Source of the DNA: a phage
Strand: one strand, 5' to 3'
Length of the DNA stretch: 64,000 nucleotides
Sequence record: PZ154896.1
The notes beneath the pieces were generated by a model. It saw only the letters and a program-made list of their open reading frames with translations, had not been told where the DNA came from and searched no databases. Each line of letters starts with the position of its first letter. Position 1 is the first letter of the stretch. Below are positions 23,059 to 34,010 of this stretch, piece by piece. The position numbers and the translations under genes are program-made.

Positions 23059-24186
23059 ATGGAAAAATTTATGGCTAAGTTTGGACAAGGATACGTCCAA
23101 ACGCCATTTTTATCGGAAAGCAATTCAGTACGATTTAAATTAAGCATAGCGGGCTCTTGTCCGCTATCAACAACTCCTACTTATATTAAGTTCCAAGATA
23201 ATCCACTTGGGTCCCAGGTTTTTTCCGTTGGATTAAACGTTCGTGTAATAAATCCTACAACAGGTGCAGTAGTTGAATCTAAGTCATATAATTTCTCTAC
23301 TGAAAACGACACCACGTCAAGTGCATTTGTTACTTTCATGGACGCATATGCTTCTAATTTTATATTTGCTCTTGTTACTAACGCTAAAACAAACTTTCCA
23401 CCCGAAGTTCTTGCATGGTTTACTAAAGCTGGGAGTTCTGTTATTCCATTAGCCCAACAAGTTTTAAATATAGTGGACATTTCTTATTCGGCGTTTTATA
23501 TTTCTGGTAAGAATGCTATAGCACTAGAGCATATTAAGTATAGTAATAAGAAAACTTCAACTGACTATAGTACACCACTTGATGTTGTGTACGACACGAT
23601 CGATGATATTGGTGCTACCGGCTTCCCTAGCCGTACATACGAATCAACAGACACATTTTTATCTGCTGTTGGAGGTACTAATAATGAAATTAAAAGGATG
23701 CCTACAACATCCCTTATTACACCTCTCGCTGGGTATAAATTGAAGCCTGGAGATTTCCTTTATATGAAATTCCAACTAATGGCCGATGCCGATTTGTTAG
23801 CACAAGGGACGACACGACTTTCTATTCGTTTCTTTAAATCTCCTTCTACTTCACCTATTTCATTTAAAGATATAAACTTTGATGGGGGCGCAGGTGAATG
23901 GAAGATATATGAAGACTACATAGAAATTCCTGTTGGTGCTGACGGGTTCACGATTTATTGTTATCGTACAGCTCCGGTCGGGCAAGGTGGATTAAGAAAC
24001 GTTATATTCACTGAAGTATCATGTAATGGAAGCGTTTCAAAACCTGCTGAGTTTGGTATAAATGGTATTCGTGTAAATTATGTTTCAGAATCTTTAAGTG
24101 CCCCAGACATAATGACATTACCTACTCAATCTTCAACTGATACTGGTAAGGTATTTGGACAAGAATTTAAAGAAGCATCAGAATAA
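23059..24186 (+). CDS. 35: long tail fibre hinge connector gp35
   Basis: 375 aa; position and length as T4 gp35. Confidence 0.85.
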   Translation: MEKFMAKFGQGYVQTPFLSESNSVRFKLSIAGSCPLSTTPTYIKFQDNPLGSQVFSVGLNVRVINPTTGAVVESKSYNFSTENDTTSSAFVTFMDAYASNFIFALVTNAKTNFPPEVLAWFTKAGSSVIPLAQQVLNIVDISYSAFYISGKNAIALEHIKYSNKKTSTDYSTPLDVVYDTIDDIGATGFPSRTYESTDTFLSAVGGTNNEIKRMPTTSLITPLAGYKLKPGDFLYMKFQLMADADLLAQGTTRLSIRFFKSPSTSPISFKDINFDGGAGEWKIYEDYIEIPVGADGFTIYCYRTAPVGQGGLRNVIFTEVSCNGSVSKPAEFGINGIRVNYVSESLSAPDIMTLPTQSSTDTGKVFGQEFKEASE

Positions 24187-24191
24187 ATTTA

Positions 24192-24216
24192 GGGAGCCCG
24201 AAGGCTCCCATTTTTG
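24192..24216 (+). terminator. rho-independent terminator after gene 35 (GGGAGCC-cgaa-GGCTCCC + TTTTT)
   Basis: Perfect hairpin 24192-24209, T-tract 24211-24215. Confidence 0.75.
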
Positions 24217-24224
24217 TATAAATA
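24217..24224 (+). promoter_or_regulatory. late promoter TATAAATA (gene 36)
   Basis: Exact TATAAATA 25 nt upstream of gene 36 ATG. Confidence 0.6.
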
Positions 24225-24248
24225 TGGTATACATATAAGGAGACAACT

Positions 24249-24908
24249 ATGGCCGATTTAAAAGCTGGTAGTACAACTGGCGGTGCTGTTATATGGCACC
24301 AAGGTAATTTCCCTTTAATGCCAGCAGGTGATGACGTCCTGTATAAAACGTTTAAACTCTATTCAGAATATAATAAACCACAAGCGGCTGATAACGATTT
24401 CGTTTCTAAAGCTAATGGCGGTACTTATCTAGGCCGAGTTATCTTTAACAAGGGTATTCAAGTCCCGGCAGCTGGCAATGGTCTGACCGGGGTGTTTGTT
24501 GGGCCAGGTGATGGAGCAACTTATGATAAGGTTAACCTTGATATAGTATCTTGGTATGGTATCGGATTTAAATCATCTCAAGGAACAGGACCCAGGACAA
24601 TTGTTTTTAACGTTCGTGACGGTGAAATTTCGGCCCGTGGTAATATAAATTCACAGCGTCAAGTGCGAGCTGAAGCCGCAGCGCCCATTGCAGCAAATGA
24701 TCTCACAAGAAAAGATTATGTTGATGGACGAATAAATATTGTTACGGATAACGCAAATTCCCGTGTATTGCGTTCTGGCGATACCATGACTGGTACTTTA
24801 ACAGCACCAAACTTTTTCTCACAGAATCCGGCGTCTGAGGCTAATCATGTTCCTCGTTTCGACCAGATTGTAATTAAAGATTCTGTTCAAGATTTCGGCT
24901 ATTATTAA
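24249..24908 (+). CDS. 36: long tail fibre distal connector gp36
   Basis: 219 aa; position and length as T4 gp36. Confidence 0.88.
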   Translation: MADLKAGSTTGGAVIWHQGNFPLMPAGDDVLYKTFKLYSEYNKPQAADNDFVSKANGGTYLGRVIFNKGIQVPAAGNGLTGVFVGPGDGATYDKVNLDIVSWYGIGFKSSQGTGPRTIVFNVRDGEISARGNINSQRQVRAEAAAPIAANDLTRKDYVDGRINIVTDNANSRVLRSGDTMTGTLTAPNFFSQNPASEANHVPRFDQIVIKDSVQDFGYY

Positions 24909-24916
24909 GAGGACTT

Positions 24917-27900
24917 ATGGCTACATTAAAACAGATACAATTTAAAAGAAGCAAAGTGGCAGGAGTTAATCCTACTGCAGCACAATTAGCCGAAGGCGAA
25001 TTAGCGATAAACTTAAAAGATCGAACTCTTTTTACTAAAGACGACCTCGGTAATATTATTAGCCTAGGCTTTGCTAAAGGCGGGGATATTAACGGTAATG
25101 TAACTCAAAATGGTGATTATTTACAAAACGGGACATTTAACCTTAACGGTAACCAGTTTGTTTATGCAGGAAAGTATATTGAATTCTTGCCAAAAACTGC
25201 TGGAAATGGCGCTTGGGCTAACCAACACACAAATAAAGCCCCTATCTTTACAGATTTGAGTTCAACTACTTCAACTTCTGAATACCACCCTTTGATTAAG
25301 CAACGTTATAAAGACGGTACTTTTTCAGTAGGTACATTAGTAAGCGAAGGCTCATTTAGAGTTCATTATATTGATTCTACAGCTCCAGACAATTCTAAAC
25401 ACTGGGTCTTTAACCGTAATGGTAATTTTATTGTAGATTCTGGTAGTATTGAGGTCCGCGCAGGTAATATTTCTGCGTCAGGCAATATTAACTCCGCTAA
25501 TGGTATAGTTTCTGCTCCACAAGTTAATACGAAAACCATTGTTTTAGACACAAAAGCATTCGGACAATATGATTCACAGTCATTAGTTCAATATGTTTAT
25601 CCTGGAACAGGTGAAGAAAATGGTATAAACTATCTTCGTAAAGTTCGAGCTAAATCAGGCGGAACTATTTACCATGAAATCGCTTCAGCTCAAACTGGTA
25701 AGAATGATGAAATTTCTTGGTGGACCGGAAATACACTTACTACTAAATTAATGGGTCTTCGTAATGATGGCGCAATGGTATTACGTCGTTCACTTGCTAT
25801 TGGCACAATTACCACTGATGAAAATACCAATAACTACGGCTCTCCTACTCCAATGGGAGAAAGATATATTGCTTTGGGCGATGCTGCCACTGGTTTAAAA
25901 TACATTAAGCAGGGTGTTTATGATTTAGTAGGTAATTGGAATTCTGTCGCATCTATTACACCTGACAGTTTCCGTAGTACTCGTAAAGGTATATTTGGTC
26001 GTTCCGAGGACCAAGGCACAACTTGGATTATGCCTGGAACCAACGCCGCTCTTTTATCAGTTCAAACACAAGCTGATAATAACAATGCTGGAGACGGTCA
26101 AACACATATCGGGTACAATGCTGGCGGTAAAATGAACCACTATTTCCGCGGTACAGGTCAGATGAATATCAATACCCAACAAGGTATGGAAATTAACCCC
26201 GGTATTTTGAAATTGGTAACTGGCTCTAATAATGTACAGTTTTATGCTGACGGCACTATTTCCTCTATCCAACCTGTTAAATTAGACAACGAATTATTTT
26301 TAAATAGTTCTAATAATACCGAAGGCCTTAAATTTGGTGCCCCTAGCAAAGTTGATGGCTCGAGAACTATCCAATGGAACGCCGGGACCCGTGCAGGACA
26401 AAATAAAAGTTATCTGACTATGAAAGCTTGGGGTAATGCATTCGACCCTACTGCCGGTAATCGTGAAACCGTATTTGAATTGTATGATGGTCAGGGCTAT
26501 CATTTTTATTCTCAACGTTTAGCTCCAACGGGTTCTGAAACTGTGGGTTCTCTTCAATTTAGAATTTCTGGCGCTTTACGTGTGGGTGGTGGTATTATAT
26601 CGGCCGGTTCTATTGTTAGTGAATCAAGTTTAGTTGCAAATAATGGATTATCTGTAAACGGACAAGCTAAATTTGGTGGAACAGCAAATGCATTGAGAAT
26701 TTGGAACGCCGAATATGGCGCAATTTTCCGTCGTTCAGAAACGGCATTGCACATTATTCCTACTCTTAAAGACCAAGGAGAAAATGGTGAAATAGGTAAT
26801 CTTCGTCCATTGAGCATCGCACTTCATAACGGTATGGTACAAATGCGTCATTCTGTCACGTTAGGTGATGATGGTGCTGGCGGTAATATGATTACAGTGG
26901 ACAATGATAACAAACTTGTTGTTGTTACTAGTAATTCTCGCATAAGTCCAAATTTCCGCATGCAAATAGGCCACTCGTCTTATATTGAGGCCGAATGCAC
27001 TAACTCTGTTCGCCCGGCGGGTGCTGGTTCGTTTGCTTCACAGAATAACGAAAATGTTCGTGCACCGTTCTATATGAATATCAACCGTGGCGATAATAGT
27101 ACTTATGTTCCTATTTTGAAACAACGTTATGTCCAAGGTAATAGTTGTTATTCGTTAGGGACCTTGATTAACGGCGGTAACTTTAGAGTTCATTATCATG
27201 AAGGTGGAGATAATGATTCGACCGGTCCTTTAATTAAAGACTTTGGATGGGAATTCAATAGAACCGGTGATTTTATTTCTCCTGGTAAATTGGGTGCAGG
27301 TACAGTTCGTATTGGTACTGATGGTAATATTACTGGTGGTTCTGGTAATTTTGCTAACTTGAATACCACAATAAATAACCTTAAGACGGATATTGTCTCA
27401 AGTTATCCAATTGGTGCTCCGATTCCTTGGCCTACTGATACACCTCCTGAAGGTTATGCCATCATGGAAGGCCAGACGTTTGATACTGACTTGTATCCTA
27501 AGTTAGCTGCGGTGTATCCTTCCGGCGCTCTGCCTGATATGCGTGGTCAAACTATCAAGGGTAAACCATCTGGGCGTGCTGTATTAAGTACAGAAGAAGA
27601 CGGTGTTAAGTCACATAGCCATAGTGCAAGTGCATCAAGCACGGATTTAGGTACTAAGACCACTTCTAGTTTTGATTACGGTAGCAAAACGACTTCAAGC
27701 TTTGATTATGGTACTAAAACCAGTAATACTACTGGTAACCATAACCATACAGTGAGTGGTAATACTAGTGCCGCTGGTAACCACCAGCACTCACAAACTG
27801 GCCCAAGGGGTCCTAATAACCAACCAACAGGAATATATCCTAATGGAGCTACTGCAATTAGTGGATCCCAGGTTCTTTCTTTTGCCACAAGCGACAAAAT

Positions 27901-28162
27901 CGTGCCTGGTATAGGCCAATATATTGCAAAGTCATCGACAGAAGGTAACCATACCCACTCTTGGTCAGGAACTACTAGCACCACAGGTAACCATGCCCAC
28001 ACTGTCGGTATTGGTGCACATACACATACTGTAGGCATAGGTGCTCATACTCACACGGTAGCTATTGGTTCCCATGGTCATACAATAACCGTAAATGCCA
28101 CAGGAAATACAGAAAACACAGTTAAAAACGTTGCTTTTAACTATATCGTTCGTTTAGCATAA
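24917..28162 (+). CDS. 37: long tail fibre distal subunit gp37 (receptor-binding tip)
   Basis: 1081 aa; C-terminal GNHxHT / GxGAHTHTV His-x-His repeats typical of the gp37 needle domain. Confidence 0.9.
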   Translation: MATLKQIQFKRSKVAGVNPTAAQLAEGELAINLKDRTLFTKDDLGNIISLGFAKGGDINGNVTQNGDYLQNGTFNLNGNQFVYAGKYIEFLPKTAGNGAWANQHTNKAPIFTDLSSTTSTSEYHPLIKQRYKDGTFSVGTLVSEGSFRVHYIDSTAPDNSKHWVFNRNGNFIVDSGSIEVRAGNISASGNINSANGIVSAPQVNTKTIVLDTKAFGQYDSQSLVQYVYPGTGEENGINYLRKVRAKSGGTIYHEIASAQTGKNDEISWWTGNTLTTKLMGLRNDGAMVLRRSLAIGTITTDENTNNYGSPTPMGERYIALGDAATGLKYIKQGVYDLVGNWNSVASITPDSFRSTRKGIFGRSEDQGTTWIMPGTNAALLSVQTQADNNNAGDGQTHIGYNAGGKMNHYFRGTGQMNINTQQGMEINPGILKLVTGSNNVQFYADGTISSIQPVKLDNELFLNSSNNTEGLKFGAPSKVDGSRTIQWNAGTRAGQNKSYLTMKAWGNAFDPTAGNRETVFELYDGQGYHFYSQRLAPTGSETVGSLQFRISGALRVGGGIISAGSIVSESSLVANNGLSVNGQAKFGGTANALRIWNAEYGAIFRRSETALHIIPTLKDQGENGEIGNLRPLSIALHNGMVQMRHSVTLGDDGAGGNMITVDNDNKLVVVTSNSRISPNFRMQIGHSSYIEAECTNSVRPAGAGSFASQNNENVRAPFYMNINRGDNSTYVPILKQRYVQGNSCYSLGTLINGGNFRVHYHEGGDNDSTGPLIKDFGWEFNRTGDFISPGKLGAGTVRIGTDGNITGGSGNFANLNTTINNLKTDIVSSYPIGAPIPWPTDTPPEGYAIMEGQTFDTDLYPKLAAVYPSGALPDMRGQTIKGKPSGRAVLSTEEDGVKSHSHSASASSTDLGTKTTSSFDYGSKTTSSFDYGTKTSNTTGNHNHTVSGNTSAAGNHQHSQTGPRGPNNQPTGIYPNGATAISGSQVLSFATSDKIVPGIGQYIAKSSTEGNHTHSWSGTTSTTGNHAHTVGIGAHTHTVGIGAHTHTVAIGSHGHTITVNATGNTENTVKNVAFNYIVRLA
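27650..27722 (+). repeat. tandem ~30-nt repeat in gene 37 ([11 protein letters not shown] units)
   Basis: ggtac/gc-aaaac-acttc-ag-tttgatta repeated 2.5 times. Confidence 0.6.
28001..28081 (+). repeat. tandem 27-nt repeat in gene 37 (GIGAHTHTV units, His-x-His metal-site repeats)
   Basis: Three consecutive 27-nt units encoding TVGIGAHTH / TVGIGAHTH / TVAIGSHGH. Confidence 0.6.
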
Positions 28163-28168
28163 GGAGAA

Positions 28169-28188
28169 GGGACTTCGGTCCCTTTTTA
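28169..28188 (+). terminator. rho-independent terminator / attenuator after gene 37 (GGGAC-ttcg-GTCCC + TTTTT)
   Basis: Hairpin 28169-28182 plus T-tract, directly before gene 38 ATG. Confidence 0.6.
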
Positions 28189-28192
28189 TAAT

Positions 28193-28744
28193 ATGAAACT
28201 CTATCACTATTATTTTGACACTAAAGAATTTTACAAAGAAGAAAATTATAAACCATTAAAAGGCGTAGGATTTCCGGCTCATTCGACACCAAAAAAACCT
28301 TTAGACCCTAAAGAAGGCTATGCTGTTATATTTGACGAACGCGAACAAGAATGGGTATATGTTGAAGACCATCGTGGAAAAACAGTATGGACTTATGATA
28401 AGCAAAAAATTGTTATTGACACTCCAGGTGCTCTTCAAAATGTTACTACAGAAGAACCTGGTGAATTTGACATTTGGACCGACGACGGGTGGAAGGAAGA
28501 TGAAGCATATAAACGCGTAGTTCAACGTGATAAGAAAATTCATGAACTCTATAAATTATTCAGTGTTTTAAGTTCTCTTATTGGCGCAGAGGTTGCTAAT
28601 AGAGAAGAAAAACGAAAATTTAAAGAGCTCAAAAAATTCTTTGCCCTTTTAGAAAAACATGAACATCTTGGCGGCGAATTCCCTAAATTCCCTGACCTTG
28701 AAAACAAATCTATTTTCAAAGCGATTATAAATATCTTTAAGTAA
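28193..28744 (+). CDS. 38: tail fibre assembly chaperone gp38 (T4-type, non-adhesin)
   Basis: 183 aa; MKLYHYYFDTKEFYKEENYKP... matches T4 gp38. Confidence 0.9.
   Translation: MKLYHYYFDTKEFYKEENYKPLKGVGFPAHSTPKKPLDPKEGYAVIFDEREQEWVYVEDHRGKTVWTYDKQKIVIDTPGALQNVTTEEPGEFDIWTDDGWKEDEAYKRVVQRDKKIHELYKLFSVLSSLIGAEVANREEKRKFKELKKFFALLEKHEHLGGEFPKFPDLENKSIFKAIINIFK
28726..28733 (+). promoter_or_regulatory. late promoter TATAAATA (gene t)
   Basis: Exact TATAAATA 20 nt upstream of t start, inside 3' end of gene 38. Confidence 0.55.
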
Positions 28745-28753
28745 GGAGGTATT

Positions 28754-29413
28754 ATGGCAACACCAAAAGTATCATTTTCGCCTAGTGATATTCTATTTGG
28801 GTTGCTAGATCGTATTTTCAAAGATAACGCTACTGGAAAGGTTTTAATGTCTCGAGTAGCGGTAATTATTCTTTTGTTCCTAATGGCACTAATATGGTAC
28901 AAAGGAAGTATTTTGCTGGATTATTATGTAAGAGCTAAGTATGATACTTATACTGAAATAATCCAAAAAGAACGAGCTTTACGTTTTGAATCTGCGGCTC
29001 TAGAACAACTGCAAATAGTTCATATCTCATCTGGTGCAGATTTTAGTGCTGTGTATTCTTTCAGACCTAAAAACTTAAATTATTTCGTCGACCTTATAGC
29101 TTACGAAGGCAAACTACCTAGCACAATTTCTGAAAAGTCCCTTGGCGGATTCCCTGTGGATAAAACGGCCAATGAATATATAATTCATTTAAGTGGCCGT
29201 CATTTCTCATCTAAATCAGAATTTGCATTTTTGCCTACAAAATCTAAGACTGCCGAACTTTCTTATATGTATAGTTGCCCATACTTTAATTTGGATAACA
29301 TCTATGCTGGAACTGTGACGATGTATTGGTATAAGGGGAGTAATATACTTGAGGAAGACCGCTTAGCGGCTATATGCAACCAAGCGGTCCGAATACTAGG
29401 AAGGGCTAAATAA
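28754..29413 (+). CDS. t: holin T
   Basis: 219 aa; single N-terminal TM segment and large periplasmic domain; strong match to T4 T. Confidence 0.92.
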   Translation: MATPKVSFSPSDILFGLLDRIFKDNATGKVLMSRVAVIILLFLMALIWYKGSILLDYYVRAKYDTYTEIIQKERALRFESAALEQLQIVHISSGADFSAVYSFRPKNLNYFVDLIAYEGKLPSTISEKSLGGFPVDKTANEYIIHLSGRHFSSKSEFAFLPTKSKTAELSYMYSCPYFNLDNIYAGTVTMYWYKGSNILEEDRLAAICNQAVRILGRAK

Positions 29414-29686
29414 TTAGTTGTTAGAATACATCGCTAAATGACGATAAATATTTTCAAAACCTTCATTGAATTCACTAATCAGTGTTTTCTTTTCTTCGGC
29501 AGTTAAATTTGTAATTAGTTTTCTGAACGAATTCTGATTTAGCTGCCGACCATCTTTTTTAATTCCAATCTCATTCAAGAATCCGATGAAACTTGCTCGG
29601 TCTTCAACAATATCTTCCCTAGAGAATTTAATCAAAATAGAAGCAATAGTAATAATTTCGCGTACGATTTCAATGTCTTTATTCAT
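29414..29686 (-). CDS. asiA: anti-sigma70 factor AsiA
   Basis: 90 aa; MNKDIEIVREIITIASILIKFSREDIVE... matches T4 AsiA. Confidence 0.92.
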   Translation of the reverse strand: MNKDIEIVREIITIASILIKFSREDIVEDRASFIGFLNEIGIKKDGRQLNQNSFRKLITNLTAEEKKTLISEFNEGFENIYRHLAMYSNN

Positions 29687-29732
29687 AACGTTTTATTCAT
29701 TCCACTTAGTTGATACGGATATAGTACCATTA

Positions 29733-29948
29733 TCAGTGTTGATTGTAAATGGCTTTTTCTACGCTTTTAACGTAATTGGTATAGTCTTCCTGTTCATACG
29801 AGTGTAAGGCCAAGAACTGAACTAATAGTTCATTATAGACTAAAGCCTCACGCTCACGTTCGGCCTCTACTACGTTCTGAAGATTATGACTCATATCGTT
29901 CCTTATAACTATCAATATAGTCCTGTATGTCGAAGAATGATATTTCAT
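29733..29948 (-). CDS. hypothetical protein (71 aa or shorter from internal ATG)
   Basis: ORF track; overlaps next ORF so true start likely internal. Confidence 0.35.
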   Translation of the reverse strand: MKYHSSTYRTILIVIRNDMSHNLQNVVEAEREREALVYNELLVQFLALHSYEQEDYTNYVKSVEKAIYNQH

Positions 29949-30183
29949 ATTCTAGGGCATTAAGAGCCCGTTCTTCAGTATAGTCAGAACCAAAGACGAT
30001 AGTGATTTCGCCAGGCTTCATGTGATTGAAATCAACACTAAAAGGAATACGAGAACATACTTCGTCTGCCATATCTGCAACAACACTACGATATACTTCT
30101 CGGTTAACCTGATAAAGCTCTGCAAGTTCTTCACAACGAATAACAAGTTCAGTGGCAGGATTTTCTTTGATTTTAGTAAGCAT
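29884..30183 (-). CDS. hypothetical acidic protein (99 aa; arn-region)
   Basis: ORF track; acidic composition; position between motA and asiA where T4 has arn genes. Confidence 0.4.
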   Translation of the reverse strand: MLTKIKENPATELVIRCEELAELYQVNREVYRSVVADMADEVCSRIPFSVDFNHMKPGEITIVFGSDYTEERALNALEYEISFFDIQDYIDSYKERYES

Positions 30184-30257
30184 AGTCTTTACCCTTATGT
30201 TTTTGTTTGCGTTTAGATTGAAGTTCTGATTTCTTCTTGTCCTTATGGACGGAAGCC

Positions 30258-30482
30258 TTATTGAAATCGTGTTTTGCTACAAGATTGTTCATAATGTTTT
30301 ATAACCTCGTTTAAACATTTATCGGTAAAAGAAAACTTTTTAGCCACAGAACATTCGATAATGTGCTCTTTCAAATCTTTAGAGTCAGTATATCCCATCT
30401 CAGTAATAAAGTGGCGAATTAAAGCTTTATTCTTATCATTAACAGAATTAAAATAATCTGCTTTAGAATCAATTATTCTCAT
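30258..30482 (-). CDS. hypothetical protein (74 aa)
   Basis: ORF track. Confidence 0.4.
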   Translation of the reverse strand: MRIIDSKADYFNSVNDKNKALIRHFITEMGYTDSKDLKEHIIECSVAKKFSFTDKCLNEVIKHYEQSCSKTRFQ

Positions 30483-30750
30483 CGTCTAATTTCCTTAATT
30501 GATATTGCAACGAGCTAATAATTTCTTCGTTCATTTTAATATACATGTCGCGCAAGAAAGGTTTTAACCCACCGCGAATAATTGCTAACGTATCACCTTT
30601 ACATAAATTAACCAAATAAGGATGGTCTAAAGCGTCCCAACCAGGCTGATTAGCATACATACCATAGTTTTCTTCCATCATATGATTAAGACGTTTGATA
30701 TCTTGGATACGCGATTCAATAGCATCTTTCTGGAGTTGTTTAATATTCAT
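30469..30750 (-). CDS. hypothetical protein (93 aa)
   Basis: ORF track. Confidence 0.4.
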   Translation of the reverse strand: MNIKQLQKDAIESRIQDIKRLNHMMEENYGMYANQPGWDALDHPYLVNLCKGDTLAIIRGGLKPFLRDMYIKMNEEIISSLQYQLRKLDDENN

Positions 30751-31211
30751 TAATAAAGGTCCTCTGAATAAAGTTCTTTCTCACTTCCACCACGTTCAAT
30801 ACGTACCTGTCCAGCATACGTTGCAATAATCATTGCTTCTTCGCGAGTCCAGTAATTAGAGTATTGGTCAATAAAGCCTTGGTCGTCACCACAAACTTGT
30901 TGCGAGACTAATTGAGGACCAACTATGTCAAGTACTTCAGCCATATCTTTAGAGTAATGACGAACTCCAGGAATAACCAGAGTTCCACCACTCTTCAATT
31001 TAAACCTATTAGCTGCACATACTATAACACGTTGAACTTTTTGGTCATTATTCCAATAGCACGTTTGCCAACAGATTTCAGGAACTTCATTCATTATATC
31101 ATCAGCAGAATAATTATAACCGTAGGACTGGAATTTTTCTGCTAGACTTTCAGGGGTCTCACGAGACAAGGCCAAATCTAATAGCTCTAAACGTTCTTTA
31201 AATGATTTCAT
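30750..31211 (-). CDS. hypothetical protein (153 aa)
   Basis: ORF track; start overlaps upstream stop (coupled). Confidence 0.45.
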   Translation of the reverse strand: MKSFKERLELLDLALSRETPESLAEKFQSYGYNYSADDIMNEVPEICWQTCYWNNDQKVQRVIVCAANRFKLKSGGTLVIPGVRHYSKDMAEVLDIVGPQLVSQQVCGDDQGFIDQYSNYWTREEAMIIATYAGQVRIERGGSEKELYSEDLY

Positions 31212-31552
31212 TTAAACCATTCCTTAATACATTGCCAAATAGATTTTTGTGCTTGTTTATTTACACCAATCGAACGAATAACCGGTTGTGACTGCTGATA
31301 TTCTTTATAATCTTCTTTATAGATTTCGTAAGCTGCATCAACAAATGAACTGATAGCTGCCATAAAGTTTTTACGTATACCGCCAGGAGCTACTCCATTA
31401 GGGAATTCAGAATTTTCGCGAATAATTAAATATAACCCAGCTTTAACTTTAACTATAGTTCCAAGATAAGCCCCGTGGTACCAAATATCCCATCCTTCCT
31501 GAGTAGGTTCTGCACATTTACGAAGTTCGTTAATAATATTCAGCTTATTCAT
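31208..31552 (-). CDS. hypothetical protein (114 aa; motA.1-position)
   Basis: ORF track. Confidence 0.45.
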   Translation of the reverse strand: MNKLNIINELRKCAEPTQEGWDIWYHGAYLGTIVKVKAGLYLIIRENSEFPNGVAPGGIRKNFMAAISSFVDAAYEIYKEDYKEYQQSQPVIRSIGVNKQAQKSIWQCIKEWFK

Positions 31553-31562
31553 TATGTATTCC

Positions 31563-32195
31563 TCACAGTACGTTAGTTACAAGGGTAATGATTTCTTTGG
31601 ACACATTAGGGAAGTCAATGTAAGTATATTTACCACCGATCTTAATCTTAACATCATTTTCAAGAGAAGTAAACAGCTTTGATTCAGTTTCTGACATGTT
31701 GTATGCAAATATTCTAAGACAACCATCTCGACGAATTTCGATCTGACGAATACCTAGAACTCGTTTTGCAAATCGAACTTCCAAGTTACTACGGTTTTCA
31801 CCAATTTCTTTAACTTCAACTTTATCTTTAATATTTTCAAAAACAAAGTTTGCTAATTCATGCATTTCGGGAGTAACTCCACGTGCTTTTCTAGTGTTAC
31901 GTTTCTGAAGAAGTTCTGGAGCATTTTCTTGGGCAAAGAGGTCTGCAGCTTTTTGGATAATATCCATTGCTTCGCCTGTTGCTATAAGTCCATCACCAGA
32001 TTTTTCGACTAAACCTTTCTTAATCAATACACCAATGTTAGAGTTAACAACCGATGCATTGTATTCCGCTTCCAGAGCTTCACGGACATTGGCAGCAGTG
32101 GTGAAGTTGTTCTTAATGATATAAACCATTATTGCAGCAGTTTTTTCATTCAGAGCGTTTTCAGAAGCTTTGATGATGTAAGTAACTTTAGACAT
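31563..32195 (-). CDS. motA: middle transcription activator MotA
   Basis: 210 aa; MSKVTYIIKASENALNEKTAAIMVYIIKNNF... matches T4 MotA. Confidence 0.9.
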   Translation of the reverse strand: MSKVTYIIKASENALNEKTAAIMVYIIKNNFTTAANVREALEAEYNASVVNSNIGVLIKKGLVEKSGDGLIATGEAMDIIQKAADLFAQENAPELLQKRNTRKARGVTPEMHELANFVFENIKDKVEVKEIGENRSNLEVRFAKRVLGIRQIEIRRDGCLRIFAYNMSETESKLFTSLENDVKIKIGGKYTYIDFPNVSKEIITLVTNVL

Positions 32196-32229
32196 TTTAT
32201 TTCTCCAATTTGGTTGTTTTGTTTTGATA

Positions 32230-32265
32230 GGTCTATAATATCATGTTTGAAGCACATGTAAACTG
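32230..32265 (-). promoter_or_regulatory. early promoter of motA (-35 GTTTACA, -10 TATTAT, spacer inverted repeat)
   Basis: GTTTAC at 32258-32263 (minus), 17-nt spacer, TATTAT at 32235-32240. Confidence 0.5.
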
Positions 32266-32284
32266 TTTTGTGAGAAAAAATGCA

Positions 32285-32305
32285 CAAAAAGGAGCCGAAG
32301 CTCCC
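32285..32305 (-). terminator. rho-independent terminator after gene 52 (GGAGC-ttcg-GCTCC + UUUUU)
   Basis: Hairpin 32291-32304, T-tract on minus strand. Confidence 0.65.
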
Positions 32306-32381
32306 TAATCATGTTTGTCCAACCAGTATAGCCAAATCACTAGTGCAGCTATTGCACCGAGAAATCCTAAGGCTAGGGCAC

Positions 32382-33707
32382 TCAAAGTGCCTCCAAGTCT
32401 TTAGTGTACTCTGTCACAACATCAGTAGACTTCCAATACTCATTTTCTTCTTTCTTAGCTTTAGCTTCTTCTGCCAGTTTACGTGCTTCGTCGGAAGTGA
32501 TATGGAAGATGTTAAGGCCTACCAGTTTATCGACATGTTCTTTATACATTTCGATTTGTGCTAGCTCTTCAGTCAAAGCTTTACGAGTCTTGCCCTGAAT
32601 CACAATTTCGCCACTGATAACTTTTTTGATGAAGTGTGCCTTAGCAAAAGCAAGTTTAAATGCTTTTTCAGATTCAAGGATTTTGTTGTCAATACGTTTT
32701 TGAACGTAAGTCTTACGGACTTCAACAAAATCTTTGATTAAGTCCACTACGTTATCATAGACCGCTAATTTACCCTTTTCATTAATCACTGTGATGTTTT
32801 GTGAACGACGTTCGATGAGACTAAAATCTTTCATGATTTTTTCATGACGTAGCTCTTCATCATCAGGCAGCGAATACTCTTTACGGAACTTCACCTTAAA
32901 CCCAAAGCCATGTTCACCGCAATCATCTTCCCATGAGATTAGACCTTTGTCTTCCAACGGGTCAAGAACCTTACTCACATACGTTTCACGGTCGAATTTA
33001 TACGGGATTTCAGTTATCTGCATTTGAGTGCGAGATGTGAACTTATATGTTCCGTGAATCTCATAACGCCCATCAACTTCGTGTACTTCACCACGGAATT
33101 CCGGGAATTCAACTTTTGGCTTAGTAACATTTTTACCTTGAAGAGCTTGTAATACAGCCTTTTTGACTGATTTAAAACTATGAGGCAGAATATTTGTTGC
33201 GTAACCAGTTGCAATACCAGAGACACCATTCAAAAGAACTGTCGGAATAATAGGAAGATAGAATTTTGGTGGAATGTGTTCTTTATCTTCATGAGCTGGA
33301 GCATATTCAGTATCTTTATATACGTTATAGAAATTTTTACTTACACGAGCAAAAATATAACGAGATGCTGCAGCTTTTTGGACTGTTCGAGAACCAAAGT
33401 TGCCTTGGCCATCTAACAGTGGATAGTTGTTGTTCCATGTGTTAGCCATCAATGCACCTGCATCTTGTGCAGAAGATTCACCATGGTGATAACCTAAATC
33501 TGCAACACCACCTGCAATTGACGCAAGTTTATGAAATTTTTCTTTATTGCCACGAGCCAAATCTAACGCACGATGAACCACAAAACGTTGAACCGGCTTA
33601 AATCCATCAATCATGTTTGGGATTGCACGGTTTTCAACGGTGTACATCGCGTATGCTAAGGCTTCGTTATCAATAATACTTTTTAGATTACGAGAATTCA
33701 ATTGCAT
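32382..33707 (-). CDS. 52: DNA topoisomerase II medium subunit gp52
   Basis: 441 aa; type IIA topoisomerase breakage-reunion (GyrA-like) motifs; T4 position. Confidence 0.9.
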   Translation of the reverse strand: MQLNSRNLKSIIDNEALAYAMYTVENRAIPNMIDGFKPVQRFVVHRALDLARGNKEKFHKLASIAGGVADLGYHHGESSAQDAGALMANTWNNNYPLLDGQGNFGSRTVQKAAASRYIFARVSKNFYNVYKDTEYAPAHEDKEHIPPKFYLPIIPTVLLNGVSGIATGYATNILPHSFKSVKKAVLQALQGKNVTKPKVEFPEFRGEVHEVDGRYEIHGTYKFTSRTQMQITEIPYKFDRETYVSKVLDPLEDKGLISWEDDCGEHGFGFKVKFRKEYSLPDDEELRHEKIMKDFSLIERRSQNITVINEKGKLAVYDNVVDLIKDFVEVRKTYVQKRIDNKILESEKAFKLAFAKAHFIKKVISGEIVIQGKTRKALTEELAQIEMYKEHVDKLVGLNIFHITSDEARKLAEEAKAKKEENEYWKSTDVVTEYTKDLEAL

Positions 33708-33711
33708 ATTT

Positions 33712-33852
33712 TCACCATATTAATGAACGAATAGCCATTATAACATCTGAAATGAAAAGCACTACTTGGATTAGCCCAAACATCACACCGTAGTACAGAA
33801 CAGTAAGCAACAACAAGAGCCCGAAGGCTCCTGCTAAGATTTTCTTAATCAT
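33712..33852 (-). CDS. small hydrophobic membrane protein (46 aa, MIKKILAGAFGLLLLLTVLYYGVMFGL...)
   Basis: Manual translation; TAATG overlap with upstream ORF, ends 2 nt before gene 52 ATG; contains internal GC hairpin so could alternatively be a terminator. Confidence 0.35.
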   Translation of the reverse strand: MIKKILAGAFGLLLLLTVLYYGVMFGLIQVVLFISDVIMAIRSLIW

Positions 33853-33998
33853 TACTCGCCTTTTAATACGTTAAAAAGAGCTAAGACCGCTAAGGTACCT
33901 TGTGCCACCGCCTGTTGAAATACTGATGTTTCGCCTGTAACTAAAGTGTTAACGAATAAAAACGACCAACACAACAATGCAATAATCCATGTTACCAT
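33852..33998 (-). CDS. small hydrophobic membrane protein (48 aa; ac/stp-region)
   Basis: Manual translation MVTWIIALLCWSFLFVNTLVTGETSVFQQAVAQGTLAVLALFNVLKGE; GAGGT RBS 9 nt upstream; T4 has the 51-aa membrane protein Ac here. Confidence 0.45.
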   Translation of the reverse strand: MVTWIIALLCWSFLFVNTLVTGETSVFQQAVAQGTLAVLALFNVLKGE

Positions 33999-34010
33999 TT
34001 TAATTACCTC

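Noticed and set aside
19102-28038. Short ORFs inside or antisense to tail-fibre genes 34 and 37 (e.g. 19938..20195, 19984..20205, 21227..21427, 25366..25551, 26057..26817, 27706..28038)
   Set aside because: Fully embedded in long, well-supported CDSs; the Trp/Pro-rich 27706..28038 translation is the complement of the His/Gly repeat codons.
32305-32382. TTG-initiated 27-aa hydrophobic frame between gene 52 stop and its terminator
   Set aside because: No ATG and no RBS; more likely untranslated 3' UTR.
32280-33416. Plus-strand ORFs 32280..32564, 32404..32598 and 33180..33416
   Set aside because: Antisense to gene 52 with no RBS and low-complexity translations.
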